This document shows, one piece after another, positions 13,785 to 25,834 of a stretch of 52,273 nt of DNA. Source of the DNA: Chiloscyllium plagiosum (Eukaryota); NCBI RefSeq assembly GCF_004010195.1, contig NC_057718.1, positions 102,570,231-102,622,503 on the forward strand, read 5' to 3'. Both the position numbers and the translations under genes were made by a program. Numbering within the stretch: the stretch's first letter is position 1; every line of letters starts with the position of its first letter. The notes under the pieces were generated by a model, which was given only the letters and a program-made list of their open reading frames with translations, had not been told where the DNA came from and ran no database searches.

Positions 13785-14152
13785 CTGAAAATGTGTTGCT
13801 GGAAAAGCGCAGCAGGTCAGGCAGCATCCAGGGAACAGGAGAATCGACGTTTCAGGCATAAGCCCTTCTTCAGGAATCAAGCTTATTGTGTTTTTCCTGC
13901 CTCTTGCCTTTCTACTAAAGGAAACACTCAGACAGACAAACCAAAGTCTGAGCCAGATTGACAGTCAAGTGGATTTGAGTATGGAGTAGGGATGTCTTGC
14001 TGCAGTTATACATGGCCTTAGTAAGGCCACACCTGGAATTATGCCCAAAACGTCGATACTCCTGTTCCCTGGATGCTGCCTGACCTGCTGCGCTTTTCCA
14101 GCAACACATTTTCAGCTCTGATCTCCAGCATCTGCAGACCTCACTTTCTCCT
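13785..14152. mobile_element. Penelope-derived fold-back element with captured local DNA in its centre
   Basis: 76-bp inverted arms at 13785-13860 and 14040-14115 (3 mismatches); 14-bp TSD CAAGTAATTATGTA at 13771-13784 and 14153-14166; the centre, 13880-14040, is the reverse complement of 12568-12733. Confidence 0.9.
13841..13878 (-). ncRNA. Minimal type I hammerhead ribozyme motif (Penelope type)
   Basis: - strand GAUUC-CUGAAGA-A-GGGC-UUAU-GCCU-GAAAC-GUC-GAUUC: intact CUGANGA and GAAA core, stem II, palindromic ACGU stem III and a GUC cleavage triplet. Confidence 0.7.
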
Positions 14153-14434
14153 CAAGTAATTATGTATAAAAGCTTAGTACATGGTAATACAGTACTTTGT
14201 GACATGCTAAGCCATACCAAAGCTTGGCATAGTAGATGCCTGTGGAATTATTATTCTAAATTAGTAACATTGTAAAGTTCTAGTTCGTGCCTTTCAGCAA
14301 AAATTAATGCAGTGTTGAGTCATGTATGATTGGTATGACAAATTGGTGAAAGTAAGCATCAGCTAATGTGAAAAAGTTTTTTTTGCAAATAGCTTCATTG
14401 GTGTCATTGAGATGTTAAACTTGATTATTAATCG

Positions 14435-15089
14435 TGTGACGATGCTGTCACTTTAACAAGGTCATTTTGTCCTTGGGTCTTGTTTTATAGAGAGATGGTG
14501 GAGGCATAGGTGCCAAAACATCTGGAACAAACCTAGTTTAACAAAAGACAAAGGAGTGGCCAGTTCTCCCATTTCTAGTTTGGTTTACTTATAACCGTTT
14601 CTCTGCTACATGCTTCAGATGATTCTTGACTGGCTTCTCTCTCTCTGAAATCTCCTGCCTGTAAGAACTGTTAAGAATTTACCGTTTGTCAAAGAATATG
14701 TTTATGTAGTGTTATGGGAATTGGAACAGCCCCTTAGTAAGTTGCTGTATCAAGCCAGTTGTTTTCCAATAATTAAAGTTATTCTAAATTCTGGGAGTTT
14801 TTATTTGTTTTCAATTTTTTTAGATTAGATTAGATTCCTTAGTGTGGAAACAGGCCCTTTGGCCCAACAAGTCCACGCCGACCTTCTGAACAGCAACGCA
14901 CCCAGACCCATTCCCCTACATTTCACCACTGCACCTAACACTACAGGCGTTTTGCTTAAAGCAGGGTGGTCTGACCAGCTCTACAACACCTCTAATATCG
15001 ACTCCATATCTGCCTTTAAAATAAAAAAAAGTTGGGATTTATGCTTCCTTTTTAAAATATTTTGAGGGGGTCTGACCTGGTCCACAACA
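14435..15089 (-). mobile_element. Solo LTR (Gypsy-like) with an internal SINE fragment
   Basis: TG...CA termini (tgtgacg...ccacaaca); imperfect 4-bp TSD ATCG/ATGG; one end is related to the end of the 17430-18066 element. Confidence 0.6.
14822..14945 (-). mobile_element. HE1-like SINE 3' fragment
   Basis: 'agattagattagattcc..gtgtggaaacaggccctttggcccaac...gcacctaacacta' matches the other HE1 copies in the window. Confidence 0.75.
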
Positions 15090-15729
15090 ATGGACATTTT
15101 TGTTAATATCTGTGCAATGAAAAGTGCTATATGCCTTGTATATCAGTTGGAAGGATCCAAGTGCTAAAACAATTTTACTTTTACTTGCAGTTGCAATGCT
15201 AATATCTGTATTGAGCCTCTCTGGAGCAGTCAGAAATTAGCTTCTTGCAGAGTAAAAACTGGCAAGTGACACATTGAGGTTATAATATAGACTGGGATTT
15301 TGAAAAATGACAAATTGGAATGGGTATTAAAAGGTTGACATGATAGGCTTAGCTGTACTAAGGAATGGGGGGTGCACATAAATGTACAGCAATAATGTGT
15401 GAGATATCGTGGATTTCATATTTGGCTATTTTTAGATGTCACACTTGAAGTATCCTGTCCTAATAAAGCTACTGTAAAGGTTAAAGTATGTAACTCCATT
15501 TCCAAGCTGATAGTCTGTCTATCTAAAGTAAATTTCTGGTCTGGCTGTCTTTGTAATATAATGTCTGATATAATGGATGATCTGATTATGACTTTATTTC
15601 TATTTTTGTTAGCTCCTTGATGAACCCTGACTTCCTTGTAGATCAAAGATGTAAGGCAGACCTGAATACGTGAAGAGAATTCTAAATACAATTGATCCTC
15701 AAATTCTGAAGGTCATCATGAATGGGAGA

Positions 15730-16320
15730 TCCCTTAATGTCCCCTAAGTTCTAGATAATTCTCCTGCCAAGTGGAAGCACCCTCTCGGCATCTCTGCTGT
15801 TTATCTCCTCTGAGCCTTTCATTAGAGCATAGAATAACAAATATGAGTCCAACCTGCTGAACCTTTTCACATAAGACAATCTGTTCACCTCTGAAATTAG
15901 CCTAGTGGACTTGTATTGGAAGCCGTTCAGACCCATGTATCTTTCGTTTAGGTGAGCTAAACTGTGTATGCTTCTGTAAGTGCTATCTCATCAACACTGT
16001 TTACGGTTGTACAATGATTCCCTACTTTACCTCATCTGTCTTGCACTAAAAGCCAACATTCCATTTGCCTTCTGAATTACTTGCTGCATGTACATACTAA
16101 CTTCAATGAGTCGTGTACCAGGACGCCCGGGTCCTTGTGTACTGCAGTATTCTGCAGTGTCTCTCTATTTAAATGACATGTTGCCTTTCAATTTTCTTTG
16201 TCAAATCCACAAAATATTTGTCACTTGCATTACCACTCAATATCCCTTTGCAAACTCTTTGTATTCTCCTTTAAACTTACTTTCCTATTTGTCTTTACAT
16301 CAAGAGCAAATTTGGCTACA
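15730..16320 (-). mobile_element. Decayed CR1 LINE fragment
   Basis: ORF-track remnant RLISEVNRLSYVKRFSRL..AERVLPL, typical of the CR1 ORF2 C-terminal region. Confidence 0.6.
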
Positions 16321-16339
16321 GGAGTGGTAGGTTTAACTT

Positions 16340-16780
16340 TGAGTAAAGGTTGGACAGATTGTGTCTGTATTCATTAGAGATTGGAAGAATTAAGACTGTT
16401 TTGCTGAGTTGATTTGATGTGGTGGATGCTGAAAGGATGTTTTTCCTTGTGGGAGAGTCTATAACTAGAGAGACAGCTTTTTCTTAAAAAGCATTTTAGA
16501 ACATTTGGGGGCTTATTTTAAGGTGAGAGGAGAATCCTTTTTTTTTAAAAAAGGACATGAAGGGTAACTTTTTGGAATCATTCATGTGTGGAAAGAATTG
16601 TCAGAGGCAATGGCGGATGTAGGTACAGTTACAATATTTAAAAGGCATTTTGGATCAGCATGTGAATAGAAGAGGTTGGAAAGGATATGGGCCAAACGGG
16701 ATTAGTTTAGCTTGGCAACATGTTCAGTATGGACTGGTTGGACCAATTGGTCTGTTTCCATGCTGCATGACGTTATGATT
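16340..16780 (+). mobile_element. Decayed CR1 3' fragments
   Basis: 'ggatgctgaaaggatgttttccttgtgggagagtct...ggatatgggccaaac...ggtctgtttccatgctgcatgac'. Confidence 0.55.
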
Positions 16781-17041
16781 CAGATTTTCTTTGAGATTAA
16801 GATTCTGAGGAATTCCTTTCTCCCAAAAAAATCTGAATATTCTGATGACACCAGTGGACAGAACTGCCTCCTTTTGTTAGGGATATGTCAGGGGTAGGTG
16901 GACTTATGGATTTGAGACCACAATCAGTACAGACATGATCTTATTGAACACTGTCAAGATCAGGTGCTGAACAGCCACATTTTACTCCTAATTAATTCAT
17001 ATATTTGCATGCTGTTGACTAAGAATTGATCGATTTTCCTT

Positions 17042-17394
17042 TGAAGATCTAAAACTTGAATACATGCTGACGTAACTAGTTGTTGTCAGGAACAACCACT
17101 TAATACCCATTCTTACAAACTTAGGTGAAATTTCTATGCTGTAGAGGAAGCATTGTCTGCTAATCTTTGTGGACACAGACTATGGTTAGTCAGTTATGCT
17201 ACTTTAACAGGTTTAAAAGCTATTTTATGCAGTTTTAAGCGGAATTGCCAATTTGAAGTCTAGAAGCTATTTTGATATCTTATTTGCAGTAAGAAGTCAT
17301 TTTATTTCCACCTAAATTAGGAAGAATATGTATTAAGTGGTTGTTCCTGACAACAACTAGTTACCTCAGCCTGTATTCAGGTTTCAGATCCTCA
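17042..17394. repeat. 65-bp inverted repeat pair around a 223-bp spacer (MITE/Crypton-like)
   Basis: 17042-17106 versus the reverse complement of 17330-17394: 5 mismatches, all in the outer half; the inner 35 bp are identical. Confidence 0.85.
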
Positions 17395-17429
17395 TCTTAA
17401 TATCAATTTCAAAGTTGATAGTTTTGTAT

Positions 17430-18066
17430 CTCGTGCCTAATGAACTAGCCTTAACCCCTTCAGAATATTTAGAGATGCCAGACTGTAACCTTTTGTTTTA
17501 AAGGTAAATGTAAAGGATTGCATTCCAGATGCAATTTGATTGTTTTGCTTTAAATCCAGTAGTTTGAACACAGTTTATTCATCTACTATAGTTAAAACAC
17601 AACAAATGGACGAAGGAATTGGAATAATTTAACTCTATTGGAAAGCTTAATAGATTAATACAGTAACTATTACTAATTAGATGTTCCAATATAGTAACAT
17701 CCCATAAGCACAACCTTGACAAAAGGTAAATTCAGAAAATAGATTGGAGTTCAAATGAGATGGCAGCTCAGGAGAAAAAACCCTCAAATTCTGAGTGTGT
17801 CTAGCAGCCAGGCGAGATTTCTTGCAGCTTCCTAATCTGAGACCCCAACAATAACTATTTTTTTTAAAAAAAAACTAAACTGAAAATCCTGGTTCTTTTG
17901 AGCCACACCCATCCAGGTTGTTTCTTATGTTCCAACTTGCTAAAAATCCAGGGCCCCTCAAGCTATTTACTGTCGTGGCTATAGTAGACTGCTCGGTAGC
18001 TCTGTCTTTAAGAAAAAGAAGTTTTAAAAGGTCAAAATAACCTTTTCAAGCCATGGTATAATCACA
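17430..18066 (+). mobile_element. Probable decayed solo LTR
   Basis: Its 3' end 'aaggtcaaaataaccttttcaag...aatcaca' resembles the reverse complement of the 14435 LTR start; the left boundary is uncertain. Confidence 0.45.
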
Positions 18067-18594
18067 AATGTTCTATTAAATTGGATGGGAACAGTTGTAT
18101 TTATCGATTAGTGCACACCCCTGTAAGGTGTTTATTTAAATTCCTTTCCAAAACTTGTTAGTTTCAGAGTTGGACATGTTGCATTCTGACCAATTCACAT
18201 TTCACAAATTTGATGTTGCCAGTTGTTGCTCTGAGAGGCTGTGGCATTTTCCTGTAAGTTTTTCCCTGGCTGCCTTGAATTTTGGCACAATGTGGAAGTA
18301 ATTGGATTGGCGATCCCAAATTTAATGTCAGGCTGTAAGCACTGACTGCTAATTTAGCATATGAATCTGGTTTTACTTATACTTCCACAGTGGGCCCTTT
18401 ATCCTAAGAAACCTTAGAGATATCCCTTCTTCTGGGACTAACCCAGGATATACCGTGGCCCTCTGAAATTCACTTGAATTTCCTGATGTTCCACTTATCC
18501 TCCAAGTTGTGAAGCTTTATGGGAAGCCTACCATTCGTTTGTAGCTAAGTGATTCTTGAACTTCTCGTCAAAGATACTTTATTTTTAAAAAAAA

Positions 18595-19125
18595 ATGTGG
18601 ATTGTAGGTGTTGACTGGGCCAGCAATTAATGCCCATCTCCAATAACCCTTAAAGGTGCCAATGAGCTGCTGCCTTGAAATGTGTAATTTGTATATATGG
18701 TAGGTACACCCACAGTGTTTTTAGGAACACTGCACTACATTTTGTAGGTGGTACACACTGCTCCTACAATGCTGAATTCTATGCCGTCAAATGGATTGTT
18801 TTGTTCTGGGTTACTTGAGTAATGGGGCTGTTTCCATCCGTGCAATTGAGGTGTATTCCATTACTTTCTCGGCTTGTGCTTTGGTGGTGGTGGAATGGAT
18901 TTCAGGGGTTGAGAAACGAGTTACTTGCTACAGAGTTACCAGCTTCTGTTCTGCTCTTGTAGCTACAGTATTTATATAGTTGGGCCTGTTCAATTTCTGT
19001 TCAGTGGTAACCCTCTGTTAATGGTGAACAATGTTTAGCAAAGTTAAGTACCTGTAATACAATTGAATGTCAAGGAGTGATGGTTACATTCTTTTTGTTG
19101 GTGTGTGATTGTCTGGCACTTGTTT
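18595..19125 (-). mobile_element. Decayed CR1/L2-group LINE
   Basis: Reverse-complement similarity to the 8870-9490 family ('gggccagcaattaatgcccatc...gagctgctgccttgaa...ggtacacccacagtg'). Confidence 0.5.
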
Positions 19126-20494
19126 GAGCAATAGTCCAGACCAAACTTGCATTTCACTGCATTCACCAAATTAACTTCTGGTTTTCACTTTGATAACTAT
19201 AGACTCTTTACTAGCTTTAACAAGGCAAATCCTACAGCCTGTTTTCCCCTCCAGTTCTGTCTTCAAACTGGACATGAACATTGACCACATTCCATGTAAT
19301 GAATGAAGTTAGTATTTTCTCTGCTTATAGTTCAGGCTTTATTAACATTTACCACCTCTTTTTTTTTTTCTCTCACGCGCTCTCTCAACTCTGGAGCTGC
19401 CACTTTGATGTCAAAGCTGAACTGTTAACTGTGTGCTTGCTCATAGTCTCTGCCCTAGGGTTCCCCTCAATCCATCTCCACGATAACGTGGTATGCTTTA
19501 GGATGTTTAAAACAAAAATGCAAACTAATCACCTTTTTTGTTATTCAAGTAACTTTTTTGATTCTGTCACCTGTGTGAATAATTTATGTCCAGTGGAACT
19601 TACAACCTTTTCTAGAATTATTATTGGTCCTGGCAAGGGACTCTTATTCAAATTGGGCTTGAATTTATTTTAAACTGGGAGCTATATAAAATATTTTCAG
19701 TATTTTATTGGGATAAATGTCCTCCTGGCTCTGTTGAGCTTGAGATATGCCTTTCATTGTTAACAGTATCTTTTAATTCTAATTAATTCAAGCTTGTTTG
19801 ATTTTTGCATTCATTTGAGGTGTATATTCATTTCTTAATAGTGTTTGCATTTATTTATCTTCATTATGATTCCTAAAACTAAAAAATTACTTTAAAGTGT
19901 TACATGTGAAACTAGCTTTTTGCAACACTGGATAATGCAGATTTGATTTAATGTTTTTTAAAATCTGGATATTTTCATTTTCCTTTTAAAAAGGCTGGAA
20001 ATTGGAGGAGTTGCAGCACGCTCATCATTGACTTGGAGAGAAAACTAAACTTCACACTAATTTTCGTATAGCAGATAATTGTTTTTGTCTGCATACTGCA
20101 AGTCATGTGCCCAGTGTAGGATCTTTGGATGTATCAAGTGTGATGCACTGAAAAACCTTTTCTGGTACTGCAGTTCTTAATTTACATAGACCCCTGTTGA
20201 ATGGAGTTGCAGCCAGGATTGAAGTATGCTGATTAACTTCACAATTAACCTGCACTACAGTAGAAAATCAGTACTGTTAAGACAGCACTCAAAGATCTAT
20301 CTTTTAGCAAAGGAGTGCTGAGGATTACCTATCACTAGAAATACTTTGATTACTTCAGTAATCAGATGGAAAGTGTTCAACAGTGCGAATAGCTACTGGA
20401 TCAACCAGCAATCATCCACTTACAATTTTTATTTGAACAGATTTTAAATTTGGGGGAGATGTTGCTATTTCCAACAAAGAATTATGTGCCTTCA

Positions 20495-21730
20495 CCCGTA
20501 GGCCCCTCTGTTCTACAACACTATCCTAGTCCCTACCATTAATTGTATAAGCGAAACCCTGGTTGTATCAAAATGCAATACCTTGCAGTTATCCAGCTTG
20601 AACTCCATCTGTCATTTTCAGCCCATTGACCCATTTGATCAAGATCCCTTTGTAATCTGAGAAAATCTTCTTCACTGTCTACTATTCCACCAAACCGACT
20701 AAGCATGCCCTCCATCAACTCATCCAAATCCTTTCTGTAAATGACAACAAGAGTACCCAGAACCGATCCCTGTGGAACACTGCTGGTCATGGGCCTCCAG
20801 TCCAAAAAGCAACACTATTTACTCTGTCTCTTGCCATTAAGCCAATTATGCACCCACTTGGCAAGTTACTGATTAGGCTACCATGTGGAACCTTGGTCAA
20901 AGGCTTTACTAATGTCTACCACACTGCCATCATCATTCTTTTTGGTAACTTTCGCAAAAGAACTCAGTCAAATTTGAGAGACATGATTTTCCTTTCACAA
21001 AGCTATGCTGACTATCCCTAATCAATTTTTACCTCTTTAAATGCCTGTAAATCTTGCCTATTATAATTCCCCCCAACAACTTACCCACAACTAAAGTCAG
21101 ACTCACTGATCTATAGTTCCCTGGTTTCTCCTTCCAAAGTTTCTTAAAATTACATCATTAGCCACCCTCCAGTCATCAGGCATCTCACTTGTTATACATG
21201 CTGCAAATATTTCTGCAAGGGGTCTCTTACTTCCCACAAAGTTCTGGGATACGTTAAATCAGGTCCCAGAAATTTATCTACCTTTTTATATGTTTAAGAC
21301 CTCCTTGAACTTCCTCTTCTGTCATCTAAACTGTTTTCAAAACATCAATATTTATTTTCCTGAGTTCTCTAGCCTCCATTTCTTTCTCCACAGTAAAACC
21401 TGACATGAAATATTCATTTCGTATCTTTCCCCATCTCCTGGGGTCCTGTGCAAAGATAGAATCTCTATCTTTATTCATCCATTGTTCCTTAATCTTACCA
21501 GCTTTCCCTTTTCATTCTAACATATTGCCTCGAAACTCTTGTCATCACACTCTTGAACACCTTCCACTTTGCAGGTGCCCTCTTACCTGTAAACTGTCTA
21601 CTCCAATCAACTTTTTAAAGTTATTGTCTCATACCATTAAAACTAGCCTTACTCAAATTAAAAACTTGAATTTTTATGGAAGGCGTATCCTTTTTCCATA
21701 ACGATTTTGAAACCAATATCATTATGATCA
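20495..21730 (-). mobile_element. CR1 LINE RT fragment
   Basis: ORF track DWRPMTSSVPQGSVLG..LQRDLDQMGQWAE (CR1 RT motifs). Confidence 0.85.
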
Positions 21731-21989
21731 CTAGTTTATAACTGGGTTGGATTGGGATCCTCAAATATTGAATGGGCATGAAATTGAATTTTGATTTAAT
21801 TTTTCAATTGTGCTGCCAGTTGTTCATAGAAGAAATTACTTGTCATATAGTACTTAGCCACCAGGACCAGAAGGGTCCCATCCTGACTTCCTGTTCTTTC
21901 ATATTTCACTTTTAGTGAGGATTTTGAGCTGGCCTCAGCTTTACTGGTTGGGCAGGCTAATGAATATGTCTTTATCCAATGCTGAAAGT

Positions 21990-22328
21990 GTGGTACGGTG
22001 GCTCAGTGGTTAGCTCTACTGCCTCACAGCATCAGGGACCTGGGTTCAATTCTACCCTCGGGAATGTCTGTGTGGAGTTTGCACATTCTCCCCATGTCTG
22101 CGTGGGTTTCCTCCGAGTGCTCAGGTTTCCTCCCACAAAGATGTGCGGGTTAGGTGAATTGACCATGCTAAATTGCCCACATAGTGTTCATGGATGTGGA
22201 GGTTAGGTGCATTAGTCAGGGGTAAATATAGAATAATAGGGTAAGGGAATGGATCTGGTATGTTACTCTTCGAAGGGTTTTTGTGGACTTGGGCCAGATA
22301 GCCTGCTTCCATAATGTATGGATTCGAT
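21990..22328 (+). mobile_element. HE1-like V-SINE, near full length
   Basis: 'ggtggctcagtggttagc..ctgcctcacagc..agggacctgggttcaattc...gtctgtgtggagtttgcacattctcccc...gggtttcctccg'. Confidence 0.9.
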
Positions 22329-23919
22329 GTCTCGCTTGGGTCAGGTTAATTTCAGATTTGGCTAAAATAGTATCGATGGTGAAGTATTTGTCAGCATTTG
22401 TATTTAGGCTTGATGATGATCACAGGAGGTCCATGCCAGTATGATATTCTGCCCACAGATATGCTGTAAGGAGAGAGTTGGGGAAAAATAAGTGAAGTCT
22501 GTTGGACAGATTTTGTTCCAAACATATATTTGACTGGGTGCCACATCTTGATTCCCTGAGTGGTGTGCCTGAATCTGACTGACTTCCCCATGAGTACTAA
22601 TGCTATGACTAATCGCCCCAGTAGCAGGTTCTGCAGCTCAGAACCTGAACCACCACCACCACCAACAGTCATGTGACTCTAGAAACATGACTGATTTGGC
22701 AAAAGGTCCTGCCCCTCGCCCTGTACCACATGTGCATTACTCCCCAAACCAGTACCGGTCTCTCAGCACCTGAAATAATGTGGTCACCCTGGACGAACTC
22801 CATGGGACAGCAACCCGACCCCACCACCCCAGATTGATCTGCATGTAATAGGAGATGAAATGCATGTTATTTAAACAACTAACGACGAGTCTAAAGTCTC
22901 TCCACTCACGGGTGAAGGATACCACTAAACCACCCTCCAATCACAATCGTGACTTCGAAGGAGTAGAAAATGTGTCTTAATCAGAGACTGGGAAAGGCCA
23001 AAGTTGGGACCCTGCTGGAAAGTACTGTTCAGGGTGTTGCTCCAACTGTAGTGAAGGCTAAAGGAAAGGATAGCTGGATTCATCCTGAGCAACTGTGAAC
23101 GATGACAGAGGAGGAGGAGGAAAAAGACCAAGAAGGGCTGATTTTTTTAAAAATAAACTTTAATCTGTACCTCTGTATAGCCAGCCCTGCTATTGATACT
23201 GTATGCCTCTACACTTGTCTGCAGTAAGGTGACCAGATGGATTTGTCAAGGGAAATTACCATTATGGTAGGACTAGCAGGATATGTCTACTTCTGTTCAA
23301 CTAGGCTCTTGAAGGGAGGATTAAGATTTGCAGTCGGGGTAGACATAACCAGGCCATCATTTGTGCAGGGCAGACATTCTCATTTGTACCAATAAGCAAG
23401 GGAGCCCATTTGAGATATGGAATGTGACTAAAATTGATTACTGTAATAGACTGTCCAAACTGATCGCAATTTGGTCCTGCACCAAAGAAGTCTGTGATAA
23501 TTCCAGTGTTGGCATTGGGGCTGCAAGTTTAAGTTTACCTGCCAAAGGGATCGCCTGGAAGGGAGAGACCATCACCTATTGTATGAAGGGAAGTGCTATA
23601 GTGAGGCCCTAGAAGTTAACCCCTCCCTGCTGAAGGAAAATTATATGGTGGGAAGGCAAAAGAGGGAAACTCCCCAGTAACCACCTGGAATACGAAGGAA
23701 GCTTCACTGGTCATGGATGAGGATGTTGGAAGTGTTCATCTGCAATGAAAAAACTTCTTGCCTTTACCGCTCCTGCCACCTTCACAACTGTGACGGTGGC
23801 AGGACATGCAAGATGTAAGTTGCCCTTGCGACAGATCAGACAGATCAGATTGTGTTCTCTTCAAAAGAAGGGAACAGCTACTATGTGGAAAAGTCAATGA
23901 AAGATTTAGTTGCAGAGTA

Positions 23920-24870
23920 CTTCAGGAATGATGACTGGGTTGACAGTCAGTGGGGTTTATGGAAGGGAAATTGTGTTTGAATCTACTGGAATTTTTTGTG
24001 GATATCATTGGTACAGTTGACTGGGGGAGCCAGTGGTGTGACTTGGGCTTTGAGAAGGCTTTTAATAAGACCCCATAAGAGATTAATGTGTAAAATTTAA
24101 AGCACATGGCATTGGGGGTAGCGTTCTGACTGGCAGAAAATTAGGAAAGACTAGGAATAAGCAATCATTTTCTGAGCAGCAGCCAGTAGCTAATCAGTGT
24201 TTAGAACCCAGCTATTCACTGTATGTGTTAATAATTTTAATGAGGGAACTGAATGTAATATCTTCAGGCTTGCAGATGATACACAACTGGATGGGTGAAC
24301 TGAGAGGAGGATGCAGAGATACTTCAGAATGATTTGGACAACTTGAGTGAGTGGGCAAATGCATGGTGGTTGCAATTAGTGTGGATAAATGTGAAGTTAC
24401 TCACTTTGATAACAAAACTAGGCAGCAGATTATTATCTGAATGGGGAAGGGTGAGATGCAGTGGGACCTGGTTGTCCTTGTACACCATCCACTGAAAATA
24501 AACACGTAGGGTGCCGCAGCTCGTGAAAAAGACAAATTATATGTTGTTGGTCTTGGTGAGAGGATTTGAGAACAGGAGCAGGGATGTCTTGCTGCATTTG
24601 CATTTGTATGGGGCCTGGAATATTGAGCATAGGTTTAGTTGTCTCATCGGAGGACGGAAGTTCTGGCGATGAAGCAAGTGCAATGAAGATTTACCAGACA
24701 GATTCCTGAAATTACAAGACTGACATATGAAGAGAGTGTGGATTGGTTAGGACTGTGTTCACTGGGGTTTAGAATAATGAAGTATCTCATAGAAATCTAA
24801 CAGTCTGAGGGTAGGCCAATTAAGACTGAGATGTGGAGATTTGTTTTCACCTGGAATGTGGGGAGTCTGT
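23920..24870 (+). mobile_element. Decayed CR1 LINE RT region
   Basis: Remnants of DFxKAFDK ('gagaaggcttttaataag'), ADDT ('gcagatgatacacaactg') and 'gataaatgtgaagttactcacttt'. Confidence 0.75.
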
Positions 24871-25125
24871 CACAGAAAATGAAGAGGAAGTGAGAATAAG
24901 GAATGAGTTGGATGATCGGGCGGTGCTGAGTTTTAGCAATTTGACATTATAAATATTGACATATTTCCAAATCAGGTTGGTAAGTGGTTTGTTGGACGAA
25001 CTTGCAAGTGGTGGTGTTCCCAAGTATCTATTGTCCTTTCCTTTTTTTTAAATCAATGATTGAGAGTTTGTAAAGTAGTATTAGAGGAACCTGGGTGCAT
25101 TTCTGCAATGCATCTTGTAGACAAT

Positions 25126-25530
25126 GATGTGGAGGTGCTGGAGTTGGACTGGGGTGGACAAAGTTTTTGATTTTAAAAAAAAAATTTTCTCAAACACTGG
25201 ATTATAGTCCCAACAGGTTTGTTTGAAAGTATAAGCTTTCAGAGCACTGCTCCTTTGTCAGGTAACTAGTGGGGCAGGATCATAACGCACAGAATTTATA
25301 GTAAAAGATAAAAGTACCACACAACTGATGCGGTGTTTTAAACAAACTTCGATTGCTGTTAAGTCTTTAATCACTGAGAATGGAGTTGTAGGTTTCGATT
25401 TGATTTAATGTGTAATTCCTAGAACTACTTTCAAGTCATAGTCCTGAGATAACTTAAAAGTTTTATCAGTATGAAGAAAAAGTGACATCTCAGCTCAGAT
25501 AATGCATTAAAGGTGTTAGGTTAGAGTCTG
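25126..25530. mobile_element. Penelope-like pseudo-LTR fragment (same family as 11686)
   Basis: 'gatgtggaggtgctggagttggactggggtggacaaag...tagtcccaacaggtttgtttgaaagtataagctttcagagcactgctcc'; degenerate hammerhead on the - strand. Confidence 0.65.
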
Positions 25531-25834
25531 TTGTGCACACTGCTACTATGAACAATCTTATTGGAATGCTTGAATGTTTTTGAAAGGACTTTGAGTATGG
25601 CTGTAATATTATTTGTTCAAAAGGATTTTGAGATTCTAATATTCATCCTCCCTAGTAGGATCTGGATTGTCGACTATTTCTGACAGGACTGGTAACTAGT
25701 CAAATTTGCTAATGTCAACTGCTTGTTTTAATTTGCTTGAATGATATTAGCCATTTGTAACAATGGTGTGAGTAAGAATCATTTAGTGTCCTGCATTCCT
25801 TATGATTTTGTAGTTGTTACTCCAGTCAAAGTAA

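Noticed and set aside
19990..20430. Several small hairpins (agcactc/gagtgct, gattact/agtaatc) suggesting an intronic snoRNA or a hidden exon
   Set aside because: No convincing C/D or H/ACA box arrangement, the frames I checked close quickly, and the stems are short enough to be chance.
21990..22060. tRNA gene from the A/B boxes
   Set aside because: It is the tRNA-derived head of an HE1-like SINE that continues into the SINE body; no full cloverleaf.
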